DNA from: Magnetococcales bacterium
Lineage (GTDB): Bacteria > Pseudomonadota > Magnetococcia > Magnetococcales > JADGCL01
Assembly: GCA_015229005.1 (NCBI GenBank)
Contig: JADGCL010000001.1
Span: 50,216 to 114,215, forward strand
Direction of reading: 5' to 3'
DNA: 64,000 bases
The position numbers were made by a program, and so were the translations under genes. Position 1 is the first letter of the stretch. The number at the start of each line of letters is the position of its first letter. Below, in pieces: positions 62,388 through 64,000 of this stretch. Under the pieces are notes generated by a model. It searched no databases. It was not told where the DNA came from and was given only the letters and a program-made list of their open reading frames with translations.

Positions 62388-64000
62388 TCATCCTTTTTGC
62401 GCGAAGAGGTGCACGAACTCGTCCGCCGGACAGGGACGTCCGAAATAGTAGCCCTGGGCCATATGGCAGCCGCGCTCGGTCAGAAACTCTGCCTGGTCGC
62501 GATTTTCCACCCCCTCGCCGATGATCTGCCGGCCCAGACTCTTGGCCATGGACATGATCGCCTCGACCAGGACCCGCGACTCGGGATCGGTGGTGACATC
62601 GGGGACGAAGGTCCGGTCGATCTTGATGCCGTTGACGGGAAGGCGTTTGAGGATGCTCAACGACGAGTAGCCGGTGCCGAAATCGTCCAGCCAGAGGACC
62701 ACCCCCAATCGCCTGAGGTGGTTCAGCATCGACATCGCCCGCTCCTCATCCTCCATGAGGATGTTTTCGGTGATCTCCAGGACCAGACCCGTCGGGGGGA
62801 GACCGGACTTTCGCAATATTCCCGGGATCTTGTCGTCCGTCGACAGCTCCCGGCAACGAGTGCAGGAGAGGTTGGCGGTGACGAAGAAATCTTTCGGGGC
62901 CGGTCCCTGCCGCCAGATTTCGGCCTGGGCACAGGCGGTGTGCAAGGCCCACTCGGTGATTTCGGCGATGAGGCCGATCTCTTCGGCCAACGGTACGAAC
63001 AGCTCCGGGGAGACCCAGCCGCGCTGCGAGTGGTGCCAGCGCAGGAAACTCTCGGCCCCGACCAGGGCCCGGGTCTTGAGGTCGATGATGGGCTGATAGT
63101 GGATGATCAACTCTCCCCGGTCCATGGCCCGATGGAGATCCTTTTCCAGGGCCATGCGTTCCAGGGCCTCCGCGTGCATGTCGGGGGTGAAGAAGCGATA
63201 GGCATTGCGCCCGTCGTTTTTGGCCCGGTACATGGCGCTGTCGGCATTTTTCAGGAGTTCGGCGAGGTCTCCGGCGTCGTCCGGGAAGACGGTGACCCCG
63301 ATGGAGCCGGAGATGAAGGCCTCCTGACCTTCGAGGATGAAGGGGGTCGCCAACTGTTCGAGGATTTGCCCGGCCACCCGTTCGGCGAAGGGGCCCTTGG
63401 CCATATCCGGAAGGATCGCGGTAAACTCGTCACCGCCGAGACGGGCCACTGTGTCGGATTTCCGCAGACAGGTGGAGAGACGACCGGCGACCTCCTTGAG
63501 CAACTGATCGCCGGCGGCGTGCCCCATCGTGTCGTTGACCCACTTGAAACGGTCGAGGTCGATGAACATGAGGGCGACCCGGCTGCGGGTCCGCTCGGCC
63601 CGGATCAGTTCCTGTTTCAGACGCTCCAGGAAGAGGGTCCGGTTGGGCAAACCGGTCAGAGTGTCGTAGTTGGCCTGCCGGCGAATGGCCTCGTCGAGGC
63701 GCTTCCTCTGGGAAATGTCGTGCAGGGTGGTGAAGAGCACCGTCGTCCCCTTGAGGGCCAGACGACCGGTGATCGCCTCGACGATGGCCTGTCGTCCATC
63801 CCGGCAGGACAGGGTGGCCTCAAGAGCCCCGAACTCCTTGTCACCCTTCAAGATATCCACTGCCACGGCCTGGAAGTGGCCATGGGAATCCGGGTCGAAA
63901 AGAGAGTTGACCGGGGCCCCGATCAACTCCTGCGGAAGGGCTCCGATCAGCTTTCCGGTCGCCTCGTTGGCGTAGACGATCCTCTCCGTTTCGTGAATGA
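62388..64000 (-). CDS. PAS-GGDEF-EAL signalling protein (N-terminus outside window)
   Basis: RLGGDEFTAIL is the GGDEF motif. The EAL-domain motifs are GAESFLRW, DDFGTGYSSL, IKIDRTF and EGVE. The frame stays open to nt 64000 through PAS-like ...IVYANEATGKLIGALPQELIG. Confidence 0.85.
   Translation of the reverse strand, partial: IHETERIVYANEATGKLIGALPQELIGAPVNSLFDPDSHGHFQAVAVDILKGDKEFGALEATLSCRDGRQAIVEAITGRLALKGTTVLFTTLHDISQRKRLDEAIRRQANYDTLTGLPNRTLFLERLKQELIRAERTRSRVALMFIDLDRFKWVNDTMGHAAGDQLLKEVAGRLSTCLRKSDTVARLGGDEFTAILPDMAKGPFAERVAGQILEQLATPFILEGQEAFISGSIGVTVFPDDAGDLAELLKNADSAMYRAKNDGRNAYRFFTPDMHAEALERMALEKDLHRAMDRGELIIHYQPIIDLKTRALVGAESFLRWHHSQRGWVSPELFVPLAEEIGLIAEITEWALHTACAQAEIWRQGPAPKDFFVTANLSCTRCRELSTDDKIPGILRKSGLPPTGLVLEITENILMEDEERAMSMLNHLRRLGVVLWLDDFGTGYSSLSILKRLPVNGIKIDRTFVPDVTTDPESRVLVEAIMSMAKSLGRQIIGEGVENRDQAEFLTERGCHMAQGYYFGRPCPADEFVHLFAQKG

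Noticed and set aside
1-64000. Search for CRISPR arrays, rRNA, tRNA, IS elements and prophage genes
   Set aside because: Reading the intergenic regions showed no regularly spaced 25-40-nt repeats, no rRNA- or tRNA-like segments, and no transposase, integrase or phage structural genes.

Overview
GC-rich bacterial chromosomal segment, probably proteobacterial; the lineage cannot be fixed from this window. It is densely coded and mostly housekeeping. Recognisable blocks in order:
- gltX (3' part), ampG, an HNH endonuclease, a HAD-IB hydrolase, a cNMP-binding protein, mnmA, a ThiO-like oxidase, an ArgA-like protein, cspA and an M16 (PreP-like) protease.
- A QmoA/QmoB-HdrC/HdrB-type redox operon.
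- hrpA, a DUF302 protein, and a TPR plus peptidoglycan-binding protein.
- An AddB-like/AddA-like nuclease-helicase pair.
- A roughly 2.2-kb low-GC islet carrying an ABC-type ATPase and a DUF4276 (Toprim-like) gene.
- A lectin-like membrane protein, a spermidine-synthase-like methyltransferase, a SUV3-like helicase, a ROK kinase and an MBL hydrolase.
- amt followed by glnA.
- A gldA/F/G-like ABC system with a DUF4340 protein.
- A cobalamin riboswitch gating a small peptide plus a radical SAM/SPASM enzyme, with a divergent CorA-like gene.
- A complete colinear class III PHA cluster (phaA-phaB-phaR-phaP-phaE-phaC).
- A PEGA/SPOR protein, glnK-amtB, and a PAS-GGDEF-EAL protein running off the 3' edge.

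No rRNA, tRNA, CRISPR array, transposase or integrase was found.

The three observations most worth follow-up:
1. The B12-riboswitch-controlled RiPP-like operon (47.9-49.8 kb).
2. The low-GC ATPase plus Toprim-like two-gene cassette (30.4-32.6 kb), which has the architecture of PARIS/AbiL/OLD-type defence systems with a different effector family.
3. A roughly 145-nt structured repeat present twice, once inside that cassette and once upstream of phaP, with compensatory base changes in its helices.

Many long ORFs in the supplied track are antisense shadows typical of high-GC DNA and were not called.
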